From positions 1 to 64,000 of the forward strand of contig SDNY01000001.1 in the NCBI GenBank assembly GCA_004524535.1: 64,000 nt of DNA, read 5' to 3'. Shown in pieces: positions 18,790 through 28,943 of this stretch. Origin of the DNA: Promethearchaeota archaeon. GTDB taxonomy: Archaea; Asgardarchaeota; Lokiarchaeia; Sigyniarchaeales; SOKP01. The translations under genes and the position numbers were made by a program. How positions within the stretch are numbered: position 1 is the stretch's first letter; the number at the start of each line of letters is the position of its first letter. Below the pieces are notes generated by a model. It made no database searches and had not been told where the DNA came from. It saw only the letters and a program-made list of their open reading frames with translations.

Positions 18790-20061
18790 TTATTCAGAAA
18801 TTTTTTTTAATACTTTTTGAACAGCTTCTCTAACATCTAAATCAGGATCATTTAAGAGTTGTTTCAATGGTTCTTTGATTTCTTTAGCTTCAAATTTGCT
18901 GAGAGCTTTAACTAAATGTAATTTAATTAACCAATTTTCGGAATTAATCATTTCTATTAAAGTTTCGCGAACTTTTCTTTCCTCTTTCATTTCGCTTAAG
19001 ATGTCGATAATGAATCTTTTCATATCTAAATTTTGCGAATTTAAAAGATCTTGGATTAATGAATCAATTATTAATTCTTTTTTATATTTTTCTAAGCTAC
19101 TAAACAATCTCATAAAAAGCATGCTCTGATAATATTTGGGAGCACATTGATTAGCTATGACATTATATTCCAAACTAGGTTTATTATTTTTTAATTCTAA
19201 AATTAAATTATTCAACCTTTCATTCTCATCTTTTAAATTTCTTACAATTTTTTCGGATTCTTGAAGTTTTAATTCATAATCTTCATATTTTTCATTAGGA
19301 AGATTAGGTGAATTTGAGAAATCTTCAACATTTTTTTGTAATTCTATATTGCGACGTTTTGCACTTTCAAATTTTTCGGTTAAAGCACTTATTTTAATAT
19401 TTTTCTCCCTAATTTCCTTATCTTGATTAGAAATATCTTTCAAGTAATTTTTTACTTCTTCAATTAAATTATTAATTGTAATATTAGCTGTATCGAGATT
19501 TTTTTTTAATTTATTATTTTTACCAATTATTTCATTAAATTGATCAGCATGTACTACCTGGTTTTCTGAAAAAGATTCGGTTGTGCCAAATTCTAATTTT
19601 TTAAAGGTTTTAGATTCCAAATTTTGGATTTTGTTTTTAAGCTTTTCATTATCTAAACGATAAGTTTCATTTTCGTCTGTCAATTGAACAATTAATTTCT
19701 TAGCATTGATTAATTCTTCATTTTTAAAATCTTTTTCTCCACTTATTTTGCTTTTATTTAATTCTTTCTTTAATTCTTCGATTATCTGCTCTAAAATCTC
19801 AATATCTTTCTCTTTTTTTTTTAAATCTTGTCTTTGCGAGATGATCATATCATTTAAGATTTGTATATCCCCGGGAATATCTATTTTTTCACTTTTTTGG
19901 ATTTTATTTCCTTGCTCTCGAATTAGGTTTTTTTGCTCGCTTATCGTAAAGTTCAGTTTTTTTATTTCTTCTTTTAAAATTTTTACTTCTTCTTTATATT
20001 CTGAAGCATTTATCTCTTTCTCTTCCATTGAATCAATTAGGTTATTTAAATCTTTCCTCAT
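18790..20061 (-). CDS. Long coiled-coil protein with C-terminal HEAT repeats
   Basis: K/E/N-rich heptads; LLNDPDLDVREAV HEAT motif. Confidence 0.75.
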   Translation of the reverse strand: MRKDLNNLIDSMEEKEINASEYKEEVKILKEEIKKLNFTISEQKNLIREQGNKIQKSEKIDIPGDIQILNDMIISQRQDLKKKEKDIEILEQIIEELKKELNKSKISGEKDFKNEELINAKKLIVQLTDENETYRLDNEKLKNKIQNLESKTFKKLEFGTTESFSENQVVHADQFNEIIGKNNKLKKNLDTANITINNLIEEVKNYLKDISNQDKEIREKNIKISALTEKFESAKRRNIELQKNVEDFSNSPNLPNEKYEDYELKLQESEKIVRNLKDENERLNNLILELKNNKPSLEYNVIANQCAPKYYQSMLFMRLFSSLEKYKKELIIDSLIQDLLNSQNLDMKRFIIDILSEMKEERKVRETLIEMINSENWLIKLHLVKALSKFEAKEIKEPLKQLLNDPDLDVREAVQKVLKKISE

Positions 20062-20186
20062 ATTGCGTATAGAATTAGTTTTTAATAATATATTACTCTT
20101 TCTTAGGTATTATAAAGCAACATTGTAATAAAAATATTTAAAAAGATTATAATAATTAATATTTAAAAGTTTAAGACTAAATTTTT

Positions 20187-20663
20187 CTAAAGTATCTTTA
20201 TTTCCTTTATTCGATCTCCTTGCTCTATTGAATCCACAACAGCTTTGTCTGCTGCGCTAGCAACTTCTCCAAAGATAGTATGTTTGTTGTTTAGCCATGG
20301 TGTTGGGACATGAGTTATGAAAATTTGGGAACCATTAGTGTTTGCTCCTGCATTTGCCATCGCTAATATTCCTGGTTTATCAAAAGTTCTACCGCTCTGA
20401 AATTCATCAGCAAAAGGATAACTTATTTGCTGACCTTGGTAGGGAAACAAATTTATTCCTTTGTCTCTCGGTCCTCCGGTTCCACGACCCATAGGACACC
20501 CCACTTGAATCATAAAGTTCTCAATGACCCTATGAAACACGATGCCATCGTAAAATCGTTGTTTAATAAGAAATAAAAAGCTGGCAACAGTCATTGGCGC
20601 ATCGCTGTCAAACAAGTTCAGATTAATATCTCCTTTATTTGTAATAATTACAATTTTAGTCAT
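20187..20663 (-). CDS. Cyclophilin-type peptidyl-prolyl isomerase
   Basis: FHRVIENFMIQ, LAMANAG, NGSQIFI, KHTIFG. Confidence 0.95.
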   Translation of the reverse strand: MTKIVIITNKGDINLNLFDSDAPMTVASFLFLIKQRFYDGIVFHRVIENFMIQVGCPMGRGTGGPRDKGINLFPYQGQQISYPFADEFQSGRTFDKPGILAMANAGANTNGSQIFITHVPTPWLNNKHTIFGEVASAADKAVVDSIEQGDRIKEIKIL

Positions 20664-20831
20664 AAGAATGATAATTATGATTCTTTTAAAAGCATTCAGA
20701 TTTAATTAAGAAACAGTTTAATATTCAAAATCTAATATAATTACCATTTTGTATAGTATTTCTTATAAATGAAAACTTTAAAAAGAATCTGTATTTAAAA
20801 GTTTTAAATAATCAATAAATTATAATTTTTA

Positions 20832-22979
20832 ATGATTTCCTTTTTCTTTCACCCAAAATCTATTGCTGTTATCGGAGCGAGCCAAACTACGGGAAAAGTT
20901 GGAAATACTGTTTTAAATAACATTATTGAATCAGGTTTTAACGGAAAAATATACCCGATAAATCCAAGGGCAGATGAGATTTTAGGTTATAAAGCCTATA
21001 ACTCTGTACTAGATGTTCCTGATGAGATTGAAATTGCGATATTTGTAATTCCCGCAAAATTTTGTGCCTCTGTTGCTGAAGAGTGCGGTAAGAAAGGCCT
21101 AAAAGGATTGATAATCATTTCGGCAGGTTTTAAAGAAATCGGCGGAGAAGGTGTAGAAAGAGAAGAAAAGTTGATTGAAATCTGTAAGAAGTACAATATG
21201 AGAATGTTAGGACCAAATTGTCTAGGATTCCTTGGTTTGAGTTATAACGGTTCATTTGCTGCTGAAACTCCTAAAAAAGGGCATATCGCTATGATTTCGC
21301 AATCAGGTGCTATGCTAACCGGATTCATGGATTATTCAATGACACAGGCGTTTGGTTTTTCCTGCAATATAAGTTTGGGAAATAAAGCTGATTTGGGCGC
21401 TGTAGATTTCATTGAATATCTCGCAAACGACAATGAAACAAAAGTCATTTTATGCTATTTAGAAAGCATTAAAGATGGAGATAGATTTTTGGAAGTTTTA
21501 CCGAAGGCTACAAGAAAAAAGCCAGTTATAATCTTGAAATCAGGAGTTAGTGAAGCAGGTGCAAGAGCCGCTTCGAGTCATACTGGTGCTTTAGCTGGAG
21601 CAGATGTTGCATATGATTTAACATTTAAAAAATGTGGAGTTGTAAGAGCTAATTCGATTGAGGATCTTTTCGATTATGGAGAAATCTTTCTTTATCAACC
21701 TATTCCTAACGAGAATTCTTTTGCGATAATCACCAACGCAGGAGGCCCTGGCATTGTAGCCACTGATGCGTTTGAGAGAGAAGAATTGAAATTTGCTGGA
21801 TTTTCCGAAAAAATTCTTCATGTTTTAAGAGAAAATTTACCATTAGAAGCAGCCATTTTTAATCCTATTGATATAGTTGGAGATGCTACGCCTGATAGAT
21901 ACGGTTTTACAATAAAAACCGTATTTGGAGTGAATTCAAAAATTGAGTTGAATAATGATATTACAACTGAAGGAGCTTTAATTATAGTAACGCCTCAAGC
22001 CCAAACAAAACCAACTGAAGTTGCGAAGTTAATTCATGAGATTAGTTTAAATTATTTGCGGAAACAAGGTAAACCTATTGTTTGTTCATTTATTGGTGAA
22101 AAATCAATAGCAGAAGGGAGAGAATATTTAAAACAAAATCATATCCCATGTTACCATTTTCCCGACAGAGCAGCTCATTCTCTTAAAACTTTACTTAATT
22201 ATCGTGAATATTTAAATTCAATTCCTTTAGAAGATCGAATTATTCCAAATTTTGATGTAAATCAAGAAAGAATTAAAGAAATTTTCGAAAGCGCCAGAGC
22301 TGACGATCGAACTGTGCTTTTAAGCTATGAAACTAGTGAAGTTTTTGAATGTTATGGAATAAAATCACCTAAATCAAGATTGGCTGGCACTCCAAGACAA
22401 GCAATGAAATTGCAGGAGGAAACTGGAAAATCAGTTATGAAAATAGTAAGTCCACAAATAATTCATAAAACTGACGTTGGAGGGATTGCATTAAATATTG
22501 AAACTCCACAACAAGCATTCGAAGCTTATATTCAAATCATTGATAATGTTAAAAAATTTGGACCGCAAAACTCTCGAATTTATGGCGTTGAAGTCCAAGA
22601 AATGATAGACTTCAAAAAGGAGGAAAAAGTAATTGAATTGATTATTGGGATGTCTAAAGACCCTGTATTTGGACCAATGCTAATGTTTGGAACCGGGGGG
22701 ATTTACGCCAATTTCATGAAAGATGTATCATTTGCATTAGCATTTAAATTTACGGAGAATGATGCTAAAGAAATGTTAAGAAAGACTAAAATATATAGCC
22801 TTTTGGAGGGTGTAAGAGGAGAAAGTCAATCAGATATAAAATCAATCATAGATGTATTATTAAGGCTTTCTCAGTTAGTTAACGATTTTCCGGAAATCGT
22901 GGAATTAGATATTAATCCGCTTTTATCATTTATTAAAGGATACAGTGCGGTTGATATTAAAATAACTATAACACATTAA
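20832..22979 (+). CDS. ADP-forming acyl/acetyl-CoA synthetase, fused alpha-beta
   Basis: VIGAS, GPNCLG, SQSGA, SHTGALAG (phospho-His), NPIDI, HKTDVGG, ELDINPL. Confidence 0.92.
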   Translation: MISFFFHPKSIAVIGASQTTGKVGNTVLNNIIESGFNGKIYPINPRADEILGYKAYNSVLDVPDEIEIAIFVIPAKFCASVAEECGKKGLKGLIIISAGFKEIGGEGVEREEKLIEICKKYNMRMLGPNCLGFLGLSYNGSFAAETPKKGHIAMISQSGAMLTGFMDYSMTQAFGFSCNISLGNKADLGAVDFIEYLANDNETKVILCYLESIKDGDRFLEVLPKATRKKPVIILKSGVSEAGARAASSHTGALAGADVAYDLTFKKCGVVRANSIEDLFDYGEIFLYQPIPNENSFAIITNAGGPGIVATDAFEREELKFAGFSEKILHVLRENLPLEAAIFNPIDIVGDATPDRYGFTIKTVFGVNSKIELNNDITTEGALIIVTPQAQTKPTEVAKLIHEISLNYLRKQGKPIVCSFIGEKSIAEGREYLKQNHIPCYHFPDRAAHSLKTLLNYREYLNSIPLEDRIIPNFDVNQERIKEIFESARADDRTVLLSYETSEVFECYGIKSPKSRLAGTPRQAMKLQEETGKSVMKIVSPQIIHKTDVGGIALNIETPQQAFEAYIQIIDNVKKFGPQNSRIYGVEVQEMIDFKKEEKVIELIIGMSKDPVFGPMLMFGTGGIYANFMKDVSFALAFKFTENDAKEMLRKTKIYSLLEGVRGESQSDIKSIIDVLLRLSQLVNDFPEIVELDINPLLSFIKGYSAVDIKITITH

Positions 22980-23037
22980 AAAACTCTAAAAAAAAAATTT
23001 AATAAAATAATAAAAAATAAAAAAAAATGAAATAAAA

Positions 23038-24102
23038 ATGGTAAAACCAATATTTTTGACTTCTCTACGAGAACGAGTAGGAAAAAGCCTTCTTTCCATA
23101 GGAATAATGCAAAAATTACAAAATATGGGGAAAAAAGTTGCTTATTTTAAGCCAATTGGTATCCCGAAAGGTGCCTTTAGTCAAAAGAATGATCCCGATG
23201 TGGGCTTCATATTGAGTACCGTATTTGTTACAGAACAACCATACGAAATAGTAAATCCTGTATCTATTCCTGATTGTTATTACATAGATCTAATCGACGC
23301 AAACCAAAAAATAGAGCATTTAAATAAAATTAAAGCAGCTTATACTGAAATCTCGAAAGATATGGATTATGTTATTATAGAAGGTGCCCCGAGTATAAGA
23401 AAATATGTTAGAGTAGGACTGGATGATGTTTCCGTTGCTCAATCATTAGGAATTAATGACTTAATCTACATTTCAGTTGAAAGCTCAGATAAATGTATTG
23501 ATAATCTCTTTTTTACTAAAAATTATTTTGATTTTAGGCATGTTAATTTCAAAGGGGTAATTTTTAATAAAATTGATTTTGATTACATTGCAAGGATTGA
23601 GGAATTAGAAAAAAATCATATTAGAAGATATAATATTCCCGTAATTGGAAAAATAGAGAAAAGTATTGAATTATTTAGTCCTAGAGTTTCTGAAATTATG
23701 GAGGCTATAGGTGGTGAATTTATAAACGAAGCAGCAGCATCAGGGTTAGATAATAGAGTTGAAACTAATATAATCGGTGCTATGAATCCTCAAGCTGCTT
23801 TGAAATATCTAAGACAAGTTAGAAAAGCTGCTGTCGTTACTGGTGGAGACCGAGTAGATTTAGCTCTTGCAGCTTTAAACCAAGATGTCTCATGCTTAAT
23901 TTTAACTGGTTATATACAACCTGATATTACAGTAATAACTGCTGCAAACGAAAAAAATATACCTATAATTTTATCACCTTCCGATACTTATACGACCATA
24001 AGGAATATTGAAAGACTAAAGCCAGGAATCCAAAAAGATGAAATACATTTAGTCTTAGATGTTATTGATAAATTTATCAATTGGGATTTGTTATTTAATT
24101 AA
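23038..24102 (+). CDS. Phosphotransacetylase-family protein (BioD-like plus DRTGG domains, no catalytic PTA domain)
   Basis: GKS...YFKP, IIEGA, VTGGDRVD...LILTG; adjacent to ACD. Confidence 0.85.
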   Translation: MVKPIFLTSLRERVGKSLLSIGIMQKLQNMGKKVAYFKPIGIPKGAFSQKNDPDVGFILSTVFVTEQPYEIVNPVSIPDCYYIDLIDANQKIEHLNKIKAAYTEISKDMDYVIIEGAPSIRKYVRVGLDDVSVAQSLGINDLIYISVESSDKCIDNLFFTKNYFDFRHVNFKGVIFNKIDFDYIARIEELEKNHIRRYNIPVIGKIEKSIELFSPRVSEIMEAIGGEFINEAAASGLDNRVETNIIGAMNPQAALKYLRQVRKAAVVTGGDRVDLALAALNQDVSCLILTGYIQPDITVITAANEKNIPIILSPSDTYTTIRNIERLKPGIQKDEIHLVLDVIDKFINWDLLFN

Positions 24103-24163
24103 TTTTTTTACTATCTCTTTTTTAATTTCGTAATAACAGAACAGAATAGTTAAAATAAGGAAT
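23976..24163 (+). repeat. Left copy of a ~190-bp direct repeat (Pta-like gene 3' end and terminator); right copy at 60521-60708
   Basis: Manual alignment, about 90% identical. Confidence 0.9.
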
Positions 24164-24239
24164 GAGCCTTGAAAATAGCATAGAAATGATTAATATTGGA
24201 GCTATAAATGCCCAAGCAGCATTAAAATATTTAAGATAA
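24162..24239 (+). pseudogene. 25-codon diverged fragment of the DRTGG region of the Pta-like gene
   Basis: MSLENSIEMINIGAINAQAALKYLR* vs SGLDNRVETNIIGAMNPQAALKYLRQ. Confidence 0.7.
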
Positions 24240-24398
24240 GTGTTTTAATAATATTATAAAATTTGTTATATTTGGCAAAAATGTCAACGAATTTGGTTTA
24301 AAATATATAGAAAAACCATTATACTTATAAATATCCTTAACTAATTAATTTATAATTAGTAGAATCATTATCAAGATGGATTCTATCTAATAAAAAAA

Positions 24399-24653
24399 GT
24401 GAATAAAATGGGAAATGCCACAGGTATTGTAGGATTAATTCTCGGAATAATAGCATTGGTTTTATCCTTTCTTATTCTTACATCTCTCATAGGTGTAATT
24501 CTAGGGATTGTAGCTCTTATTCTATCAGTAGTCGGAATAGCAACAAATGATTCGAAAGCACCAGGAATAATAGGATTAATTTTTTCATTAATCGCTATAG
24601 TCTTAGGAATCTTTTGGTTATTGGTTATAGTTGCTGTTCTTGCATCAACATAA
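24399..24653 (+). CDS. Small membrane protein (DUF4190-like)
   Basis: Three hydrophobic helices with GLILGI repeats. Confidence 0.65.
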   Translation: MNKMGNATGIVGLILGIIALVLSFLILTSLIGVILGIVALILSVVGIATNDSKAPGIIGLIFSLIAIVLGIFWLLVIVAVLAST

Positions 24654-24890
24654 AAAATATTCTTTTTTTTTTTTCCCCATGAGTAATATCTTCAGAATGA
24701 TTAGATAAATTTTTACTAACATCTATTATTTTTAGCTATAGTTTCATAATAATAAATTTATTTCCCCTATCCATTATAGCTATTATAATCTAAATAATAG
24801 AAAATGCTAACTTCTATTTTTTTTTAATATAAAATTTTTAAGTTTTTAAAATTGTATCTATTTAACTTATTATTTATTATTTAAATATCT

Positions 24891-26693
24891 ATGAAATTAG
24901 TAAACCCGTATAAGCCATCTGTATATCAACTGGAACCTCGGAAAAGGCTAATTTGGATAATCTCTCTTATCGGATGTGGTATTTATGCAATTATCGTATT
25001 TATAATTTTATTTATACTTCAGATACCAAATGAATTAATGATTATTACGATCTATACTTATATGGTTATTGGACCATTAACTATATATTTGTTATGGCTT
25101 GTTTTTTATAGATGGAAAATAAAAAAATGGCCTCGAAACAAGAAAGTATTTGGTGAACCAATTCATTATACATTACTTTTAATATCGATTGGTATCTGTG
25201 TTATTAACTGGGCTGCTTATTGGAATACGGGTCTTGATAGCATTTGGTTAATTTTTGCATCATGGATTTATATTCTTAGTGATAACTTATTACTTGGGAC
25301 TATAATCTATACTGTTGGTGCTTCAGCTATTACACCTGCTTTTACTGAAGAATTCTTGAAGTCTTTCCCTAGCATTATTGCTTTTTTTGTAGTTTTACAA
25401 AGGGATAGAAATCTGGAGGAGAAGAGAAAGGGATTGTTAGGAAATGAGTTAGGAGGATTTTTATTTGGATTAGTAATTGGAATAACATTTGAGATTTTAG
25501 AGCTAATATATTATCTATTAATTACAATATCCTCAGGAGGAGGTGCTTTTGATATATATTTTCAAGTTACCGTTAGAGATTTTTCTCCACTTCATATACT
25601 TGGAGGTGCAATTGGTGGATTTGCGGCGGGCAGGGCTGAAAGACTTCGTTATGAGCGAGGAGAAGAGGATTTACCTATGAAAATTCAAATAATCAATTTT
25701 ATTAAACGTTTTTTACCATTATGGCTTATCCCCGTTTCGATCCACTTTCTCTGGAATAGTTCAAGTGTTTGGATTTATTTAATAATTCTAGCGATAGATG
25801 GTGATATATTGTTAAATTTAATTCTTGAGATGATCGTAATCGTTACATTAAGTGCATTATGCTTTTTTATATTACTTTTACTATTAAGATGTGCTAATAG
25901 AATTACTGAGAAAACTTATCGATGCTCTGAAACAGGGATTATCGTTGCAAAGGAAGGGGATATTTGTTCCTTATTTAGTGACAAAAAAACCGATGTTGAA
26001 CCAACAAAAAAACCTTTAGATAAAGCTTTTATTGCTCAAGACACAGAAATTGTTTGTCCAAATTGTGATAAGGTAAATATAAGAGGAGCAAATTTCTGCA
26101 TAAATTGCGGTTTCCAAATAGCTAGTTATTATTATTGTCCAAATTGCAGTAAGGCTAATAAATTTGGAATAAAATTTTGTATACACTGTGGATTTCAAAT
26201 ACAACAATTAAAAACACCCCAAATTTTTCCTATGTCAAATGAAAGACCCTCTAAAGCATTACTCGTCATTTCGTTAATTGTAACTATAGGTTTTCTATTT
26301 TATATTGTATTATTTGCAATTTTAGCTTTGCTGATATATGGCATTTTTGGATTTTTCTATTTAGCTTTTCAAATAAGCATAGAGATAGTAGCTGCAGTAG
26401 TAATGTTTTATGCTATTATAACTCTCTTTAAAATGAGGAAGAATTATAATGGAAGAAAAAATATCTGGTCATGGTATCTTTTAATTTTTAATTTAATTGG
26501 AATATTTGGACTGCTTGTAATTTATGGTATTTTAGGTGTGATTTATGGAATTATTGCATTCACGCTCGGCTATATTACGTTAATAACGGGGCTTGGATTC
26601 CTTTTTCTAGCTGGAGCCACATTAGTTTTTATATTTCTTTTAAGAACAATATTAAAATCTGATGAAATGCTTCAATATCAAACTAAAAATTAA
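24891..26693 (+). CDS. PrsW-family intramembrane metalloprotease with a double zinc ribbon
   Basis: EEFLK, FEILE and HFLWN motifs; two CPNC...FCIxCG ribbons. Confidence 0.8.
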   Translation: MKLVNPYKPSVYQLEPRKRLIWIISLIGCGIYAIIVFIILFILQIPNELMIITIYTYMVIGPLTIYLLWLVFYRWKIKKWPRNKKVFGEPIHYTLLLISIGICVINWAAYWNTGLDSIWLIFASWIYILSDNLLLGTIIYTVGASAITPAFTEEFLKSFPSIIAFFVVLQRDRNLEEKRKGLLGNELGGFLFGLVIGITFEILELIYYLLITISSGGGAFDIYFQVTVRDFSPLHILGGAIGGFAAGRAERLRYERGEEDLPMKIQIINFIKRFLPLWLIPVSIHFLWNSSSVWIYLIILAIDGDILLNLILEMIVIVTLSALCFFILLLLLRCANRITEKTYRCSETGIIVAKEGDICSLFSDKKTDVEPTKKPLDKAFIAQDTEIVCPNCDKVNIRGANFCINCGFQIASYYYCPNCSKANKFGIKFCIHCGFQIQQLKTPQIFPMSNERPSKALLVISLIVTIGFLFYIVLFAILALLIYGIFGFFYLAFQISIEIVAAVVMFYAIITLFKMRKNYNGRKNIWSWYLLIFNLIGIFGLLVIYGILGVIYGIIAFTLGYITLITGLGFLFLAGATLVFIFLLRTILKSDEMLQYQTKN

Positions 26694-26761
26694 TTAGATT
26701 TGAGAGGTATTATCAAGACTAAATACAAAATATTATAACTGAATTAATACAAAACTACCAA

Positions 26762-28171
26762 CTATTCATTCAAGAGTCCATATCTTTTAAGTCCTTCTCT
26801 CATATCGGCTTGAAATGGTCCTGGAGTGCCCTCTATAAATGCTTCAACAATATCCTGGTTTTTAACCTCTTTTGAAACTCTTTTTTTTGCTTTCTCTTCC
26901 GCAAGTGAGGAAATTGCCATTCTCGCCATAGATTGAAATTGTGGGGGCGATAATTTTATTAATTCATCAAAAATCCTCGCAGTCTCGGGATTCCAGTTTA
27001 ATCCCTTTTTTTTCTTTTCCTTTGGTTTGGCAGTGTCAATACCAAATTCCCGACTGGTTATTAGATCATCAATATAATCATTCAATGATTCAACATACCT
27101 AGGAGCTTCTTCTTTATCAAGAATAACTGCTTTTTTCCCCCATTGTTCACAATAATTACATTCATCACACATTGAAATACAGTCTTGCTTTTTGAAGAAT
27201 TCAATAAATCCATCGAGTTTAGTATTATCTATTATTAATTTCGATTTAGGCTCTTTTACAAACGTTTCAGTCATTTTAACATTAGGATCTTTTTCAACTC
27301 CAACAGTCATAGAAAAACCTTGAATAATATCTACAAGGTTTCCTTCATATTTACGAGATGAAAATGCCTTGACAGCTCGAAGTATCCATTCAGTACTCAT
27401 ACGGCGTCCAGCAATTTTGAAATTTTCAATTCCAATAGCCTCATAATGAGATAAATCCTCGGGGCGCACCCATCGTGCTTTAACTACTTCAGTAGGATTT
27501 GAAAATTTAATGACACTGCAATTAAGGATACAATAATCAATATATACCCCTCCGAGTTGGTGGGAAGATTGAGAAGAATGCCCTACAATATTATAATGAT
27601 AATATCTAAAAGGACATTGATATAAACAACCATCAGTTAAAAGGAGATTAATATTACATTTAACTGCTTTTTTAATTTTCTTCAATGTCTTAAAATCGCG
27701 ATTAATCATTACATCGGGGGTAATCTCATCAGCACCCATTGCTTCATAGAATTTTGCCCGATTAACACTGTTAACGTGAGCAATTGTAGAGACACGAATT
27801 TTCAACTTGGGAAATTGTTCTTTTATTAAGCGGATTAAAAAAGGAATAGTCACAATTACATTATCCGACCCAATATCGCTTATCCATTGAAGGTAATTTA
27901 GCAACTCTTTATGATACGCCGCATCATATTCCATATTACCCATACATGGCGCATTAAGCAAATAAGAGAATTTCATTTTTTTTTCATGAACATTCTTAAT
28001 ATATTCCGCAATTTGTTCTTCCTTAATATCCTTTAAAAGAAATGAAGGCCGTCCATGGCCAACAATAGAGGATTTTGAAGCTCCATAGATCTCTCTTACT
28101 GGATATTTAGCTAATTCATCGATGAGTTTAAAATCCCAATTTGTCGCAACGGTAAATTGAATTCTTTTCAC
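26762..28171 (-). CDS. U32-family Fe-S protein (UbiU/UbiV/TrhP superfamily) with C-terminal DUF2621/PCP_red-like domain
   Basis: YLLNAPC, VSTIAHV, GCLYQCP...YCILNC, FKIAGR; C-terminal W...P..F...AE...TP..F domain. Confidence 0.8.
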   Translation of the reverse strand: MKRIQFTVATNWDFKLIDELAKYPVREIYGASKSSIVGHGRPSFLLKDIKEEQIAEYIKNVHEKKMKFSYLLNAPCMGNMEYDAAYHKELLNYLQWISDIGSDNVIVTIPFLIRLIKEQFPKLKIRVSTIAHVNSVNRAKFYEAMGADEITPDVMINRDFKTLKKIKKAVKCNINLLLTDGCLYQCPFRYYHYNIVGHSSQSSHQLGGVYIDYCILNCSVIKFSNPTEVVKARWVRPEDLSHYEAIGIENFKIAGRRMSTEWILRAVKAFSSRKYEGNLVDIIQGFSMTVGVEKDPNVKMTETFVKEPKSKLIIDNTKLDGFIEFFKKQDCISMCDECNYCEQWGKKAVILDKEEAPRYVESLNDYIDDLITSREFGIDTAKPKEKKKKGLNWNPETARIFDELIKLSPPQFQSMARMAISSLAEEKAKKRVSKEVKNQDIVEAFIEGTPGPFQADMREGLKRYGLLNE

Positions 28172-28279
28172 CTTAAAATAAAATTACTATTCCTATATAA
28201 TAATTTATAGCATAAATTAAAAATGATGAAAAAAAATATTTTCAATAGATTATCATGTATTAATTTCTTGATTTCCTCA

Positions 28280-28666
28280 TTATTTACTCACTTTTCCGTG
28301 AGCTTTAGCATTTAATGGCAATAAAGGAGCACAAGCCATGAGCTTAGACATATCTCCTTCGACTACATAAGTTCCAGTCATAGTTTCTTGAATAGGATCT
28401 GATTCACCCGAAAGAGTTTTTTTCAATGTGCTGAAGTCAGTTTTATGGGATATTTTTGGAGCATCTGGACCTGAATATTCACCCATCCCCCATTTTATCT
28501 GGTCTTTTTCAACAAATTGCCAATAATTCATCTCTTCTCTATCTGTTATAATGAATTGGAATGTCAATGGCGCAAGTGCTCCCAATAAGGGAGCTAATTC
28601 TGGCAGCTCATTAAATGCTTTCATATATTCTGTAAGATATGCTTCCCATTCTTCTTTTGTATCCAT
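28280..28666 (-). CDS. SCP2 sterol/lipid-binding domain protein
   Basis: TFQFII...LSGESDPIQETMTGTYVVEGDMSKLM SCP2 signature. Confidence 0.8.
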   Translation of the reverse strand: MDTKEEWEAYLTEYMKAFNELPELAPLLGALAPLTFQFIITDREEMNYWQFVEKDQIKWGMGEYSGPDAPKISHKTDFSTLKKTLSGESDPIQETMTGTYVVEGDMSKLMACAPLLPLNAKAHGKVSK

Positions 28667-28943
28667 CTAAATTTTCACCTCCTTTCTTTTTCATTTGTTA
28701 AATATTTTTAATTTTCATAATTTATAACAACCTTACCGTTGGGACATAAATTGGAATCCAATTTAGTAGGTCAATTCTTGGAGATATACAAAATTTCTTG
28801 GGGCAAAAAAACCTACAACATTTATTCCAACATCCGAGAATAATATATCCTTATTCATCACTATTCGTATCCAGCATATAATTTATTAATTAGAATTGAA
28901 AATTATTTTTATAGAAGTAAAATAATTTTTACATTCTTTAACA

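Noticed and set aside
18875-20128. Plus-strand ORFs 18875-19129 and 19706-20128
   Set aside because: F/S/I-rich antisense shadows of the K/E-rich coiled-coil gene
26762-28171. Calling the U32 protein a collagenase/protease
   Set aside because: Characterised U32 members are Fe-S hydroxylation proteins, and the Cys motifs and context fit that better
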